Shown: positions 1 to 8,105 of the stretch, piece after piece | How positions within the stretch are numbered: position 1 is the stretch's first letter | How the letters are laid out: every line of letters begins with the position of its first letter | NCBI GenBank assembly: GCA_964424525.1 | Contig: CAYRJG010000001.1 | Span: 1-45,435, forward strand | Direction: 5' to 3' | DNA from: an uncultured Ruminococcus sp. | Lineage (GTDB): Bacteria; Bacillota; Clostridia; Oscillospirales; CAG-272 | DNA length: 45,435 bases | Made by a program: the position numbers and the translations under genes | Notes under the pieces: generated by a model | Databases searched by the model: none | Seen by the model: only the letters and a program-made list of their open reading frames with translations | Told to the model about the DNA's origin: nothing

Positions 1-58
1 AATTATTTTGTGACAACTCCTTGCGAACCATCGGGACTTGAACCCTCGACAATATCGC
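1..58 (-). repeat. tRNA T-arm-like repeat, copy A (may continue left of the window)
   Basis: Positions 1-46 match 3048-3094 with one substitution and one 1-nt indel (ttttgtgacaactcYttgcgaaccatcgggacttgaaccct). The reverse complement contains the T-loop-like GGGTTCAAGTCCC, but no D-arm or anticodon arm follows. Confidence 0.7.
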
Positions 59-167
59 ACCTTTGATAGATTTCCTTTTTTCTGATATATTCTGAAAAAA
101 CTCTTTATATGTCAAAAAGAGGTCAAAGGCGAAGTTTTTAAATGATCGCAGATGAAGATTTTTTTAC

Positions 168-195
168 TTGACTTTTGAGAGAAAACTGTTACAAT
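168..195 (+). promoter_or_regulatory. sigma-A-type promoter candidate for the 262..2037 gene
   Basis: TTGACT (168-173), 16-nt spacer, TACAAT (190-195). Confidence 0.5.
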
Positions 196-261
196 GATGA
201 ATAAAGTTTATAAAAATATGTGTGAATTGATATACGCAGATATATGAAGTGGGGGAATTTT

Positions 262-2037
262 ATGGCGATTAAAATAATTAAAGCTACAAAAGGGGCAGAC
301 AATTATGTTTTTATCCCCGCATGCTGTTATGCGGGAAATCAGTTTGACGTGCGGGAATGCCGATATCCACCTATGTTTCAGCTTTCTGACACCAAAACGA
401 ATATGCCAGTTACTATCACCAATGTGCCGAGGCTGAACCAGGATGGCAGCGGAAAAATCGAAGTCACAACGGGAGATGCCGCAGTCCCCTGCATCGGCGT
501 ATTTTCCCCTTCCGAAAAACGTGGTATTTTGGTCTTTACCGTACAGGAGATCGGCGGAAAGAATATCGGTCTGGCGTATGAAAATGGAGAAATCCGCCTG
601 ACATGGCCAGCACGTCGAGAGAAGATTTATCGGATGTGTTCTATGTACGACAATCCGGAACCGTGGATAGACGAACCGGCGGAAATTGAGCACCGAATTT
701 TGGATTTCACTTGCGAAAGTCTGGCGGATTTCTACAGAGTGTTCTTTGAAAACCGCAAGATCATGGGATTGGATTGCGAATACCCTGCCGTTCTCCCGCC
801 AGAAGAACAGTTTGCCATCCAGAGAAAGAAATTCAATACTATGAACTGGCACGACGAGTTGGGATTCTACATGGTCGGCACTAACAGAAAGCATTCTCAG
901 GTATGGCAGCCCGGCTGGATCGGCGGAGCCATGAGCGGATACGCACTTATGAAGTTGGGTGGCGAAATAGAAACCGAGCGGGAAATGAGTACCTTGAGAT
1001 TTCTCTTCTCCACCCAAACCGAAAGCGGATTTTTTCATGGTATCGTGGATAACGAAGGAAAAGTTTTCGGAGACGGATTTAATGTACAGGGGGCTGAAAA
1101 CTGGCATTTGATCCGCAAATCCTCCGACGTGCTTTATTTCCTCTTTAAGCACTTCCGCCTTATGCAGGAAAGAAACCTGCCTATTCCCGAAGAATTTATC
1201 GAAGGAGCTAAGAAGACTGCTGACGGATTTGTGAGGTTGTGGAAAACTTACGGTCAGTTCGGGCAGTTTATAGACGTGTACACGGGAGAACTCTGTGTTG
1301 GTGGTTCCACCAGCGCGGGAATTGCACCTGCCGGTCTGGCTGAAGCATATCGTTTCTTTGGAGACAAAAAATATCTGGCAACTGCCGAAGAAAGCGCAGA
1401 ATATTATTATCAAACCAGCCTTTCGAGAGGATACACTACTGGGGGTCCCGGCGAAATACTGCAGTGTGTGGACAGTGAGAGTGCGTTCGGCCTACTCGAA
1501 AGCTATGTGGTGCTGTATGATGTCACCGGGAATGACAAGTGGCTCCGTTATGCGACAGAAAATGCACATTATTGCTCTAGTTGGGTGGTAAGCTACAACT
1601 ACCGCTTCCCCGAAAACAGCGAATTCGGTAGTCTCGGCATGAAAACCGTGGGTAGCGTGTTCGCCAATATTCAGAACAAGCACTCCGCGCCGGGCATCTG
1701 CACGCTGTCCGGCGACAGTCTGCTGAAACTGTGGCGGTGGACCAACAATTCGCTGTATTTGGAGCTGGCGAAGGATATCGCATTGACTATCAGTCAGTAT
1801 ATGTCCACAGAACAGCGCCCGATTTACGACTGGAAAATCCTCCCTGAGGAACGCACTGGCATAGATTTCGCCACGCTCGAAGCCCATCGAACACCTGCAG
1901 GCTTTATCAACGAACGTGTCAATATGTCAGACTGGGAAGGTGATCGCTGTATCGGCGGTGTGTTCTACGGTAGTTGCTGGGCGGAAACCAGTAATCTTCT
2001 GGCATTGGCGGAAGTGATTTCGCAGCTTGCGATGTGA
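262..2037 (+). CDS. Uncharacterised 591-aa protein, possibly an (alpha/alpha)-barrel glycoside-hydrolase-like enzyme
   Basis: Long ORF (track 244..2037). I prefer ATG 262 because GGGGGA (251-256) lies 5 nt upstream. W/G/Y-rich motifs (GWIGGAMSGYALMKLGG, YCSSWVVSYNY) are reminiscent of six-hairpin glycosidases, but I do not recognise a family with certainty. Confidence 0.8.
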   Translation: MAIKIIKATKGADNYVFIPACCYAGNQFDVRECRYPPMFQLSDTKTNMPVTITNVPRLNQDGSGKIEVTTGDAAVPCIGVFSPSEKRGILVFTVQEIGGKNIGLAYENGEIRLTWPARREKIYRMCSMYDNPEPWIDEPAEIEHRILDFTCESLADFYRVFFENRKIMGLDCEYPAVLPPEEQFAIQRKKFNTMNWHDELGFYMVGTNRKHSQVWQPGWIGGAMSGYALMKLGGEIETEREMSTLRFLFSTQTESGFFHGIVDNEGKVFGDGFNVQGAENWHLIRKSSDVLYFLFKHFRLMQERNLPIPEEFIEGAKKTADGFVRLWKTYGQFGQFIDVYTGELCVGGSTSAGIAPAGLAEAYRFFGDKKYLATAEESAEYYYQTSLSRGYTTGGPGEILQCVDSESAFGLLESYVVLYDVTGNDKWLRYATENAHYCSSWVVSYNYRFPENSEFGSLGMKTVGSVFANIQNKHSAPGICTLSGDSLLKLWRWTNNSLYLELAKDIALTISQYMSTEQRPIYDWKILPEERTGIDFATLEAHRTPAGFINERVNMSDWEGDRCIGGVFYGSCWAETSNLLALAEVISQLAM

Positions 2038-2169
2038 AAGATATATCTTCTCCCGCAGTCCGTGGTATTACCGTATATAATGGCTTATCAACGGTATTAT
2101 AATCCTATTCCTAAAAATGAACTGTTATTGATTTTGGTGAAAAGGGTTGATTCTGATTTGAAACAATGA

Positions 2170-2221
2170 GAGTTGTCATTTTGACCTCTAAACACATCTT
2201 TGGAGGTCAATTTGACAACTC
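2170..2221 (+). repeat. Long imperfect palindrome carrying the 27-nt motif gagttgtcattYtgacctctaaacaca
   Basis: GAGTTGTCAttttGACCTC (2170-2188) pairs with GAGGTC (2203-2208) and TGACAACTC (2213-2221). The left arm recurs at 5644-5670. Confidence 0.75.
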
Positions 2222-2228
2222 CGGCCGA

Positions 2229-2254
2229 AAGTCCTTGTTTTACAAGGACTTTTT
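2229..2254 (+). terminator. Rho-independent terminator after the 262..2037 gene, just left of the IS
   Basis: AAGTCCTTG-tttta-CAAGGACTT followed by TTT. Confidence 0.65.
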
Positions 2255-2351
2255 GGGTTGTATAGCGAAGCCTTTGTAAAAAGGGTTCGCTGGTAAACCA
2301 CCAGTCCGGCTGGTGGTTCCAAAAAGCTTTAGCTATGCATAGACAAAAATA

Positions 2352-2409
2352 TCCTCCTTTGGTAGAATAGAGATGGTCTGCCAACCGAAACTAAAAAACC
2401 AAAGGAGGA
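2352..2409 (+). promoter_or_regulatory. 5' UTR stem that sequesters the tnpA Shine-Dalgarno
   Basis: TCCTCCTTTGGT (2352-2363) is the perfect complement of ACCAAAGGAGGA (2398-2409). The latter contains the SD for the GTG 2418 start. Salmonella IS200 is known to use the same translational-occlusion design. Confidence 0.7.
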
Positions 2410-2417
2410 ATCAAGTC

Positions 2418-2894
2418 GTGAAACTTGACACAGATAGTTTAGCACATACGAAATGGAATTGCAAGTACCGTATAGTTTTTGCACCAAAATACAGGAGGCA
2501 AATAATATACGGGAAGATAAAAGCGGATATAGGAAAGATGCTTCGAAAGTTATGCGAGTATAAGCAAATAGAGATACTTGAAGCTGAAGCATGCAAAGAC
2601 CATATCCATATGCTCATTTCAGTACCGCCTAAGTATAGCATATCTCAAGTAATGGGATATCTGAAAGGTAAAAGCAGCCTGATGATTTTCGAAAAATATG
2701 CGAACTTGAAGTATAAATACGGAAACCGTCATTTTGGGTGCAGAGGGTTTTACGTAGATACAGTAGGGCGCAATAGAAAGGCTATTGCGGAGTACATAAG
2801 GAATCAATTACACGAGGATCACGAGGCGGAGCAATTAAGTTTAAAAGAGTACATAGACCCGTTTACGGGTGAGCCGACAAAAGAAGGCAAATAA
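2418..2894 (+). CDS. tnpA: IS200/IS605-family Y1 (HUH) transposase TnpA
   Basis: The HUH motif lies in KDHIHMLISVP and the catalytic-Tyr region is AIAEYIRNQ. Overall it resembles IS200 TnpA (WNCKYRIVFAPKYRR). The track ORF begins at 2373, but AAAGGAGGA precedes GTG 2418, giving a typical 158 aa. Confidence 0.93.
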   Translation: MKLDTDSLAHTKWNCKYRIVFAPKYRRQIIYGKIKADIGKMLRKLCEYKQIEILEAEACKDHIHMLISVPPKYSISQVMGYLKGKSSLMIFEKYANLKYKYGNRHFGCRGFYVDTVGRNRKAIAEYIRNQLHEDHEAEQLSLKEYIDPFTGEPTKEGK

Positions 2895-3047
2895 AACAAC
2901 CCCTTTAGGGGTAAGCCGGTGAAATCTGCGCGTTTGGCAGACTTTTCGACGAGCCTATAGGCTCACCGAGCCGGTGTTACGCCCTAAGGGGGCTGTGCAA
3001 GCCACCGGCACGGCCGGTGGTTATGACTTTTAGGGCAAAAAGTTAAG

Positions 3048-3108
3048 AATGTATTTTGTGACAACTCTTTGCGAACCATCGGGACTTGAACCCTTACAGT
3101 ATTTTACT
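3048..3108 (-). repeat. tRNA T-arm-like repeat, copy B
   Basis: Near-identical to 1-46, with weaker similarity continuing about 12 nt further. TGACAACTCT (3059-3068) is the exact inverted complement of AGAGTTGTCA (2169-2178) on the other side of the IS. Confidence 0.75.
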
Positions 3109-3136
3109 TGAAAAAATAATAGATTTATGATATAAT
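3108..3136 (+). promoter_or_regulatory. Promoter candidate for the AraC-family gene
   Basis: TTGAAA (3108-3113), 17-nt spacer, TATAAT (3131-3136). It abuts repeat copy B. Confidence 0.55.
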
Positions 3137-3161
3137 TAATTAAGGAAAGGATGGTTAGCGC

Positions 3162-4031
3162 ATGCGTATTTATAAAACCGAAGAATTCATGAAGAGCAGT
3201 AAAAGCATGCACGTGTTCAAATGCGATATTTCTACAGGCTCGGCGTACGAAATGCCTCATACTCATGAATTTATTGAGATCGTCTATGTTTTGTCTGGGC
3301 ATATGACGCACGCGATCAATGGTCAAACATATGAGGTCAAGCATGGGGACATCCTTTTTATGAATTACGGTTGTACCCACGCGTTCTTTTCCAAGGAGGA
3401 GTGTTCTTATGTCAATATTTTGTTTTCTCCCGAGGTAATGAGCGAAGAAATCGTTACGCTATCGAATGCCTTTTCCGTGTTGTCCTTGACAGCCTTTAAC
3501 GATATGAGAAGTGAATCGGACTATGGAAGGATCAGCTTTGGGGGTGAGGACAGAAAAGAAATAGAAGATATTATATTCGCTATGATGAAGGAATATGGCG
3601 CAAAACAGACCTCGTGGGAAACGGTACTGGGGAACTATCTGAATACCTTGATTGTCAAGATGCTGCGAAAAACCGAAATTGGAATAGAGCAATCGGAGCT
3701 TCACGATATTTGGCAGAAGCTTTCCGAATATATTGACGACAATTTGGAATCGAAGCTCACATTGAACGATCTGGCTCAAAAATGCTTTTACAATCCGTCC
3801 TATTTCAGTCGGATCTTTAAGGAAAAATTTAAAATTCCGTTTGTGGAATATATTACGCAAAAGCGATTGGCTCGTGCGATCGACCTATTGAAAAATACGG
3901 ATGTTTCTGTGAGAGAGATCGGTCAGAGGGTAGGCTTTTCCGACAACAAAAGCTTTTATCACGCTTTTTCCCAATCTTATCATTGCACACCGTTGGAATA
4001 TCGAAAAATCAAATGTAAAAAAACGGAATAA
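3162..4031 (+). CDS. AraC-family transcriptional regulator (cupin sensor plus double HTH)
   Basis: The N-terminus is cupin-like (HTHEFIEIVYVLSG). The C-terminus has AraC HTH repeats (LNDLAQKCFYNPSYFSRIFKEKF; REIGQRVGFSDNKSFYHAF). Confidence 0.93.
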   Translation: MRIYKTEEFMKSSKSMHVFKCDISTGSAYEMPHTHEFIEIVYVLSGHMTHAINGQTYEVKHGDILFMNYGCTHAFFSKEECSYVNILFSPEVMSEEIVTLSNAFSVLSLTAFNDMRSESDYGRISFGGEDRKEIEDIIFAMMKEYGAKQTSWETVLGNYLNTLIVKMLRKTEIGIEQSELHDIWQKLSEYIDDNLESKLTLNDLAQKCFYNPSYFSRIFKEKFKIPFVEYITQKRLARAIDLLKNTDVSVREIGQRVGFSDNKSFYHAFSQSYHCTPLEYRKIKCKKTE

Positions 4032-4060
4032 AAGAGGTAAAAGTTCACTATTTACACAAG

Positions 4061-4106
4061 CCTCCTTGATATGATAGAATCAAAGCACATCATCAAGGAG
4101 GTTTTT
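4061..4106 (+). promoter_or_regulatory. Hairpin plus T-tract whose 3' arm is the SD of the next gene (terminator / translational occlusion)
   Basis: CCTCCTTGAT(at)GAT (4061-4075) pairs with ATCATCAAGGAGG (4089-4101), followed by TTTTT. The ATG at 4112 is 10 nt after the GGAGG. Confidence 0.6.
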
Positions 4107-4111
4107 ATATT

Positions 4112-5593
4112 ATGAAAAATCAAGTATACATGCGATTAAATTTTGAGGAGTACCGCAACCGTGTCTATGCTTGCTGGATCGGTAAAAATATTGGCGGCAC
4201 GATGGGCGCGCCGTATGAGGGGAAACGACGCACGTGGGATATTCAGGGCTTTAAGAGTGAGGCGGGGAAACCCTTGCCCAACGACGATCTGGATCTTCAG
4301 CTGATCTGGCTTCACGCCGTAGAGCAGATGGGTCCCTTGGCGATCAACGCCGCGACGCTCGGGGAGTTTTGGATCAGCTTGCTTCCTCCCAACTGGAACG
4401 AATACGGTATCGGAAAAAACAATATGAGGCGTGGCTTGACACCGCCTATGTCGGGAGATTATCAAAACACGTGGAAGGATTCCAACGGCGCGTGGATTCG
4501 TACTGAGGTATGGGCGTGCATGGCACCCGGCTGTCCTGCGCTTGCCGCAAAATACGCGATGGAGGATGGCAAGGTCGATCACGGCGCAGGAGAAGGAACC
4601 GTTGCGGCGGCGTTTGTCGCGGCAATGCAATCGGCGGCATTCGTTGTGCGTGATCTGAGAGCTTGTATCGAAATGGGTCTTGCGGCAATTCCCGAACAAA
4701 CCAGAATAGCGGACAGTATTCGTTTTGTATTGTCGTGTTATGACAAAGGACTGACCGCGATGGAAGCCCGTAACGCGATCTTTGAGCGAAACGCTGACAT
4801 CGGTGACGGTTGGTTTGAGGCACCGACAAACGTGTCCTATGCCATCATTGGCCTGCTGTGGGGCAAGGGAGATTTCAAACAATCGATGATCACTGCCATC
4901 AACTGCGGAGACGATACCGATTGTACAGGTGCAACGGTTGGTGCGACTATGGGTATCCTTGGTGGTACCGCGGCAATTCCAAAAGATTGGAGCGCGCACG
5001 TGGGCGACGATATCATTACGGTTTCGATCAACCGAGGTGACTATCGATCGGGGGGGTCGGTCCCCAAGACCTGCACCGAGCTTACCGACCGTGTCGTTGC
5101 GCAAGCACCTTTCATGCTATTTGCCAATCACACAATGGTCACTTTGACCGAGAGCAGTGAGGAAATCCCCGAGAATGCACAGGAGTTTATGCTTGCGCAA
5201 TGCGAGGAAATGAGAAAGACAACGGTGTTTGCTCCCTATTCGGCGCATTATGAGTCTGCCGCGCTTTGCGCTGATCTGACCCTGAATCATGCTCCCGACA
5301 TTGAGCCGACGGGAGAGATTACAGTGGATGTGTCGGTTTATGCTCGCCGTGCTCTGGGCGACGAGCTGATCAATTTGAATTGCCGCTGGTGGTTGCCCGA
5401 AGGATTTACTGTTACGGCAGGGAGGCAGACGGCGGTCATTACAAACAAGAACTCCCATGACAGCGGAATTGCAACGTTGAAATTTACCGTGAAGGCAGGA
5501 GAAACGGTAGAAGCGATCAATCGCCTTGTTTTGGAGCTTATGCCGATGGGACGGTGTACACCTTTGTATGTGCCCATTACTTTGCTGGGATAA
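4112..5593 (+). CDS. ADP-ribosylglycohydrolase-family protein with a C-terminal extension of about 170 aa
   Basis: N-terminal GKNIGGTMGAPYEG and the late metal-binding box CGDDTDCTGATVGATMG are typical of the ARH/DraG fold. The tail after about aa 320 is not recognised. Confidence 0.9.
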   Translation: MKNQVYMRLNFEEYRNRVYACWIGKNIGGTMGAPYEGKRRTWDIQGFKSEAGKPLPNDDLDLQLIWLHAVEQMGPLAINAATLGEFWISLLPPNWNEYGIGKNNMRRGLTPPMSGDYQNTWKDSNGAWIRTEVWACMAPGCPALAAKYAMEDGKVDHGAGEGTVAAAFVAAMQSAAFVVRDLRACIEMGLAAIPEQTRIADSIRFVLSCYDKGLTAMEARNAIFERNADIGDGWFEAPTNVSYAIIGLLWGKGDFKQSMITAINCGDDTDCTGATVGATMGILGGTAAIPKDWSAHVGDDIITVSINRGDYRSGGSVPKTCTELTDRVVAQAPFMLFANHTMVTLTESSEEIPENAQEFMLAQCEEMRKTTVFAPYSAHYESAALCADLTLNHAPDIEPTGEITVDVSVYARRALGDELINLNCRWWLPEGFTVTAGRQTAVITNKNSHDSGIATLKFTVKAGETVEAINRLVLELMPMGRCTPLYVPITLLG

Positions 5594-5643
5594 TAAATAT
5601 GACGGTCACGAGGAGATATTAAGCCTCCAATAGCAGCTTTGGC

Positions 5644-5670
5644 GAGTTGTCATTCTGACCTCTAAACACA
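5644..5670 (+). repeat. Second copy of the 27-nt motif gagttgtcattYtgacctctaaacaca
   Basis: Identical to 2170-2196 except for one T/C difference. Here it lacks the complementary arm and runs straight into a terminator. Confidence 0.75.
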
Positions 5671-5671
5671 T

Positions 5672-5706
5672 AGGACTTACACGAAAGTGTGAGTCCTTTT
5701 TCTTTT
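5672..5706 (+). terminator. Rho-independent terminator of the ARH-family gene
   Basis: AGGACTTACAC-gaaa-GTGTGAGTCCT (one G-U pair) followed by TTTTTCTTTT. Confidence 0.75.
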
Positions 5707-5707
5707 C

Positions 5708-5730
5708 CACGAACGATTTCGGGCTCGAAC
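5708..5730 (-). repeat. Degenerate third copy of the tRNA T-arm-like repeat
   Basis: cacgaacgatttcgggctcgaac compared with gcgaaccatcgggacttgaac. The similarity is partial and judged by eye. Confidence 0.4.
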
Positions 5731-5952
5731 TTAAGTGACATCAGCTTAACAATCATTGTATGCTTCGCATACTGACTGTGAATTTGCCGCTCGGGGTTTA
5801 ATTTTCAATAAATGTTCCGCTTATGATTTATGGAAAATACCATCTCCACGTGAAAAAACAATAGGTTGTCGGTTGTAATTTTTATTTTAAAGAGCATTTA
5901 GTAGATAATTGAAAGGACTATACTAAAATAGGCTAATGCACTAAATAAAGCA

Positions 5953-5981
5953 TTGATTTTCACCTGAAAACATGTTATAAT
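5953..5981 (+). promoter_or_regulatory. Promoter candidate for the HAD / Endo IV-like / glycosylase operon
   Basis: TTGATT (5953-5958), 17-nt spacer, TGtTATAAT (extended -10, hexamer 5976-5981). Confidence 0.55.
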
Positions 5982-6098
5982 TGGTATAAAAGCAGGTTAT
6001 GCCGATGCATAAATACAAAGTATCCGCCTTTGCACAAGCCGATAAGATTGTATTTTTCTATTATATTTTTACACAAAATTATCACGGATGGATAAAGC

Positions 6099-6740
6099 AT
6101 GAAAACTTATTTATTTGATTTTGACGGTACTTTGGTAGATTCTATGCCAACATATGTTGCTGTGATGTTGCGTATTTTAGACGAAAATAATATTGCATAC
6201 GGTAATGACATTATAAAAACGGTAACGCCGCTCGGATATGAAGGAACTGCAAAGTATTATCAATCACTCGGACTCCCTTATTCGGTTGAAGAAACTGTAG
6301 CTATGATGAACAACTATGCTAAAAAGGAATACGAAGAACATATCATAGCAAAGAAAAACGTAGCAGAGGTTTTGCGCGAATTAAAAAACAATGGCGCAAG
6401 TTTGAATGTATTGACCGCAAGTCCGCATACTATGTTGGATTGCTGCCTAAAGCGGCTTGGAATATTTGATTTGTTTGACAATGTTTGGTCATGCGATGAT
6501 TTTCACACAACAAAAACTAATCCTGAAATTTATAAAGCGGCGGCAAAGCGCATCGGAGTGAATGTTGGCGATGTGATTTTTTTAGACGACAATTTCAATG
6601 CTGTCAAAACAGCGAAAGAAGCAGGCATGCACGTATACGGTGTTTTTGACGCTTCTTCCAAGGAATACATATCGGATATGAAGTCAATTTCAGAAAGATA
6701 CATCACCGACTTTTCAGAGCTTTTGTTAGAATTGAACTGA
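6099..6740 (+). CDS. HAD-superfamily hydrolase (phosphatase-like)
   Basis: Motif I FDFDGTLVDS, motif IV IFLDDN, and a capped HAD-IA-like layout. Confidence 0.92.
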   Translation: MKTYLFDFDGTLVDSMPTYVAVMLRILDENNIAYGNDIIKTVTPLGYEGTAKYYQSLGLPYSVEETVAMMNNYAKKEYEEHIIAKKNVAEVLRELKNNGASLNVLTASPHTMLDCCLKRLGIFDLFDNVWSCDDFHTTKTNPEIYKAAAKRIGVNVGDVIFLDDNFNAVKTAKEAGMHVYGVFDASSKEYISDMKSISERYITDFSELLLELN

Positions 6741-6752
6741 AAGGATAAGACT

Positions 6753-7619
6753 ATGTACAAACAAAAAATCGGCATCTCCATCAGCAACGATTATGACATT
6801 CCGACAACGGATGTGCTTCGAATTATAAAAAACGTTGGATTTGATGCTATCTCCCCTATTTGGAAAACGGAAGGCACTTTGGCAGAAATTGTGAACTCTG
6901 CAAATAAGCTGGGGCTTGAAATCCAATCACTGCATGCACCTTTTGATAAAGCCGCGGATATGTGGAACAGCGATAAAAGCATTTCCGCACCGGCACAAAA
7001 AGAGCTTTTTGCTACTATAGATGCCTGCACTCGTTTTTCTATTCCGATTATGGTTGTTCATACCTGGATCGGTTTTGATTACGTTTTTGATAAAAGTGCT
7101 TTGAATTATGAAAATTTTGATAAAACAGTTAGTTACGCGGCGGAGCATAATGTAAAAATCGCATTTGAAAATACGGAGGGCGAAGAATATCTTCTGGCAT
7201 TGATGGATCACTTCAAAGATGACAGCACCGTCGGTTTTTGCTGGGATTCCGGGCATGAGCTATGCTATAATCGCTCAGAAGATATGCTTAAAAAATTCGG
7301 TGACCGCCTTATTATGACACATCTCAATGATAATCTCGGAATCAGCAGATTTGACGGAAAGATCTTCTGGACTGACGATCTTCATCTGCTCCCCTATGAC
7401 GGAATTGCAGATTGGGATGATAATATAAAACGCTTGAAGAAATCAAAGCCTTTGCCGATTTTGAATTTCGAGTTAGTTATAAAATCAAAACCCAACAGAC
7501 ATGAAAACGATTCTTACGAACAAATGACACTGACTCAATATTTCACCGAAGCATATAAACGGGCATGTAAAATCGCATACCGATATGCTAAACAGGAAGG
7601 ATTCCCTTCTAGAAAATGA
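6753..7619 (+). CDS. AP_endonuc_2 / xylose-isomerase-like TIM-barrel protein with an Endo IV-like metal-ligand pattern
   Basis: Boxes LHAPF, VVHTW, FENTEG, CWDSGH, THLND, TDDLH and ILNFEL line up by eye with the nine metal ligands of endonuclease IV (PHDSY, FHPG, ENTAG, DTCH, HLND, DRHH, LET). Confidence 0.85.
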   Translation: MYKQKIGISISNDYDIPTTDVLRIIKNVGFDAISPIWKTEGTLAEIVNSANKLGLEIQSLHAPFDKAADMWNSDKSISAPAQKELFATIDACTRFSIPIMVVHTWIGFDYVFDKSALNYENFDKTVSYAAEHNVKIAFENTEGEEYLLALMDHFKDDSTVGFCWDSGHELCYNRSEDMLKKFGDRLIMTHLNDNLGISRFDGKIFWTDDLHLLPYDGIADWDDNIKRLKKSKPLPILNFELVIKSKPNRHENDSYEQMTLTQYFTEAYKRACKIAYRYAKQEGFPSRK

Positions 7620-8092
7620 CAGTACATCCCATACCTCCGTTTTTTAACGAAGATTCCAAAATACTTATTCTCGGAAGCTTTCCTTCTGTAAAATCAAGAG
7701 AGGTCGGATTCTTTTACGGGCATCCGCAAAATAGATTTTGGCGGATACTTGCAGCGGTATTTGAAGAGGATGTTCCCGTCACAACAGAAGAAAAACGCGA
7801 AATGCTCCAACGGAACAAAATCGCGCTTTGGGACGTTATAGCCTCTTGCGAGATTGTGGGAAGTGCTGATAGCACTATACGGAAGGTAAAGCCCAATGTT
7901 CTCTCGGTAATCTTAAAGAATTCAAGTATTGAGCGAATATTCTTAAACGGCAAGACTGCCGAAAAATATTACAGAAAATATCAAGAAAAATCTATTATGC
8001 GCACAGCCATAACTCTTCCGTCAAGTTCACCTGCGAATGCGGCAATAAGCTTTGAGGAAATAGTGGCAATATGGCGCGATGAACTGACCTAA
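7616..8092 (+). CDS. DNA-deoxyinosine (hypoxanthine) glycosylase, UDG superfamily
   Basis: Motifs GFFYGHPQNRFWRILA, IALWDVIASCEIVGSADS and LPSSSPANA. The start overlaps the previous stop as ATGA. Confidence 0.9.
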   Translation: MTVHPIPPFFNEDSKILILGSFPSVKSREVGFFYGHPQNRFWRILAAVFEEDVPVTTEEKREMLQRNKIALWDVIASCEIVGSADSTIRKVKPNVLSVILKNSSIERIFLNGKTAEKYYRKYQEKSIMRTAITLPSSSPANAAISFEEIVAIWRDELT

Positions 8093-8105
8093 AGGAGATG
8101 CTGAT

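Larger units (their letters stand above)
2265..3035 (+). mobile_element. IS200/IS605-family insertion sequence (tnpA only); ends approximate
   Basis: A Y1 transposase gene is flanked on the same strand by near-identical subterminal hairpins ACCACCAG-tccgg-CTGGTGGT (2297-2317) and CCACCGGC-acg-GCCGGTGG (3002-3020). There are no terminal inverted repeats of its own, as expected for this family. The exact cleavage sites cannot be called by eye. Confidence 0.8.

Noticed and set aside
1-58. The repeat considered as a genuine tRNA gene or tRNA 3' half on the minus strand (also 3048-3108)
   Set aside because: Only a T-loop-like GGGTTCAAGTCCC is present. The 5' side of the T-stem does not pair. The flanking sequence is AT-rich with no D-arm or anticodon arm. 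The acceptor-like strand has no partner.
208-1413. 401-aa ORF antisense to the first gene; likewise 4136..5104 (322 aa) antisense to the ARH-family gene
   Set aside because: These are shadow ORFs on the opposite strand of G+C-rich, clearly coding genes. Their composition is low-complexity and Arg/Ser/Cys-rich, they have no RBS, and they resemble no family.
5999-6121. 40-aa ORF (MPMHKYKVSAFAQADKIVFFYYIFTQNYHGWIKHENLFI) in the leader of the HAD operon
   Set aside because: It has a weak RBS, overlaps the HAD start out of frame, and has no recognisable features. It cannot be distinguished from chance in AT-rich DNA.
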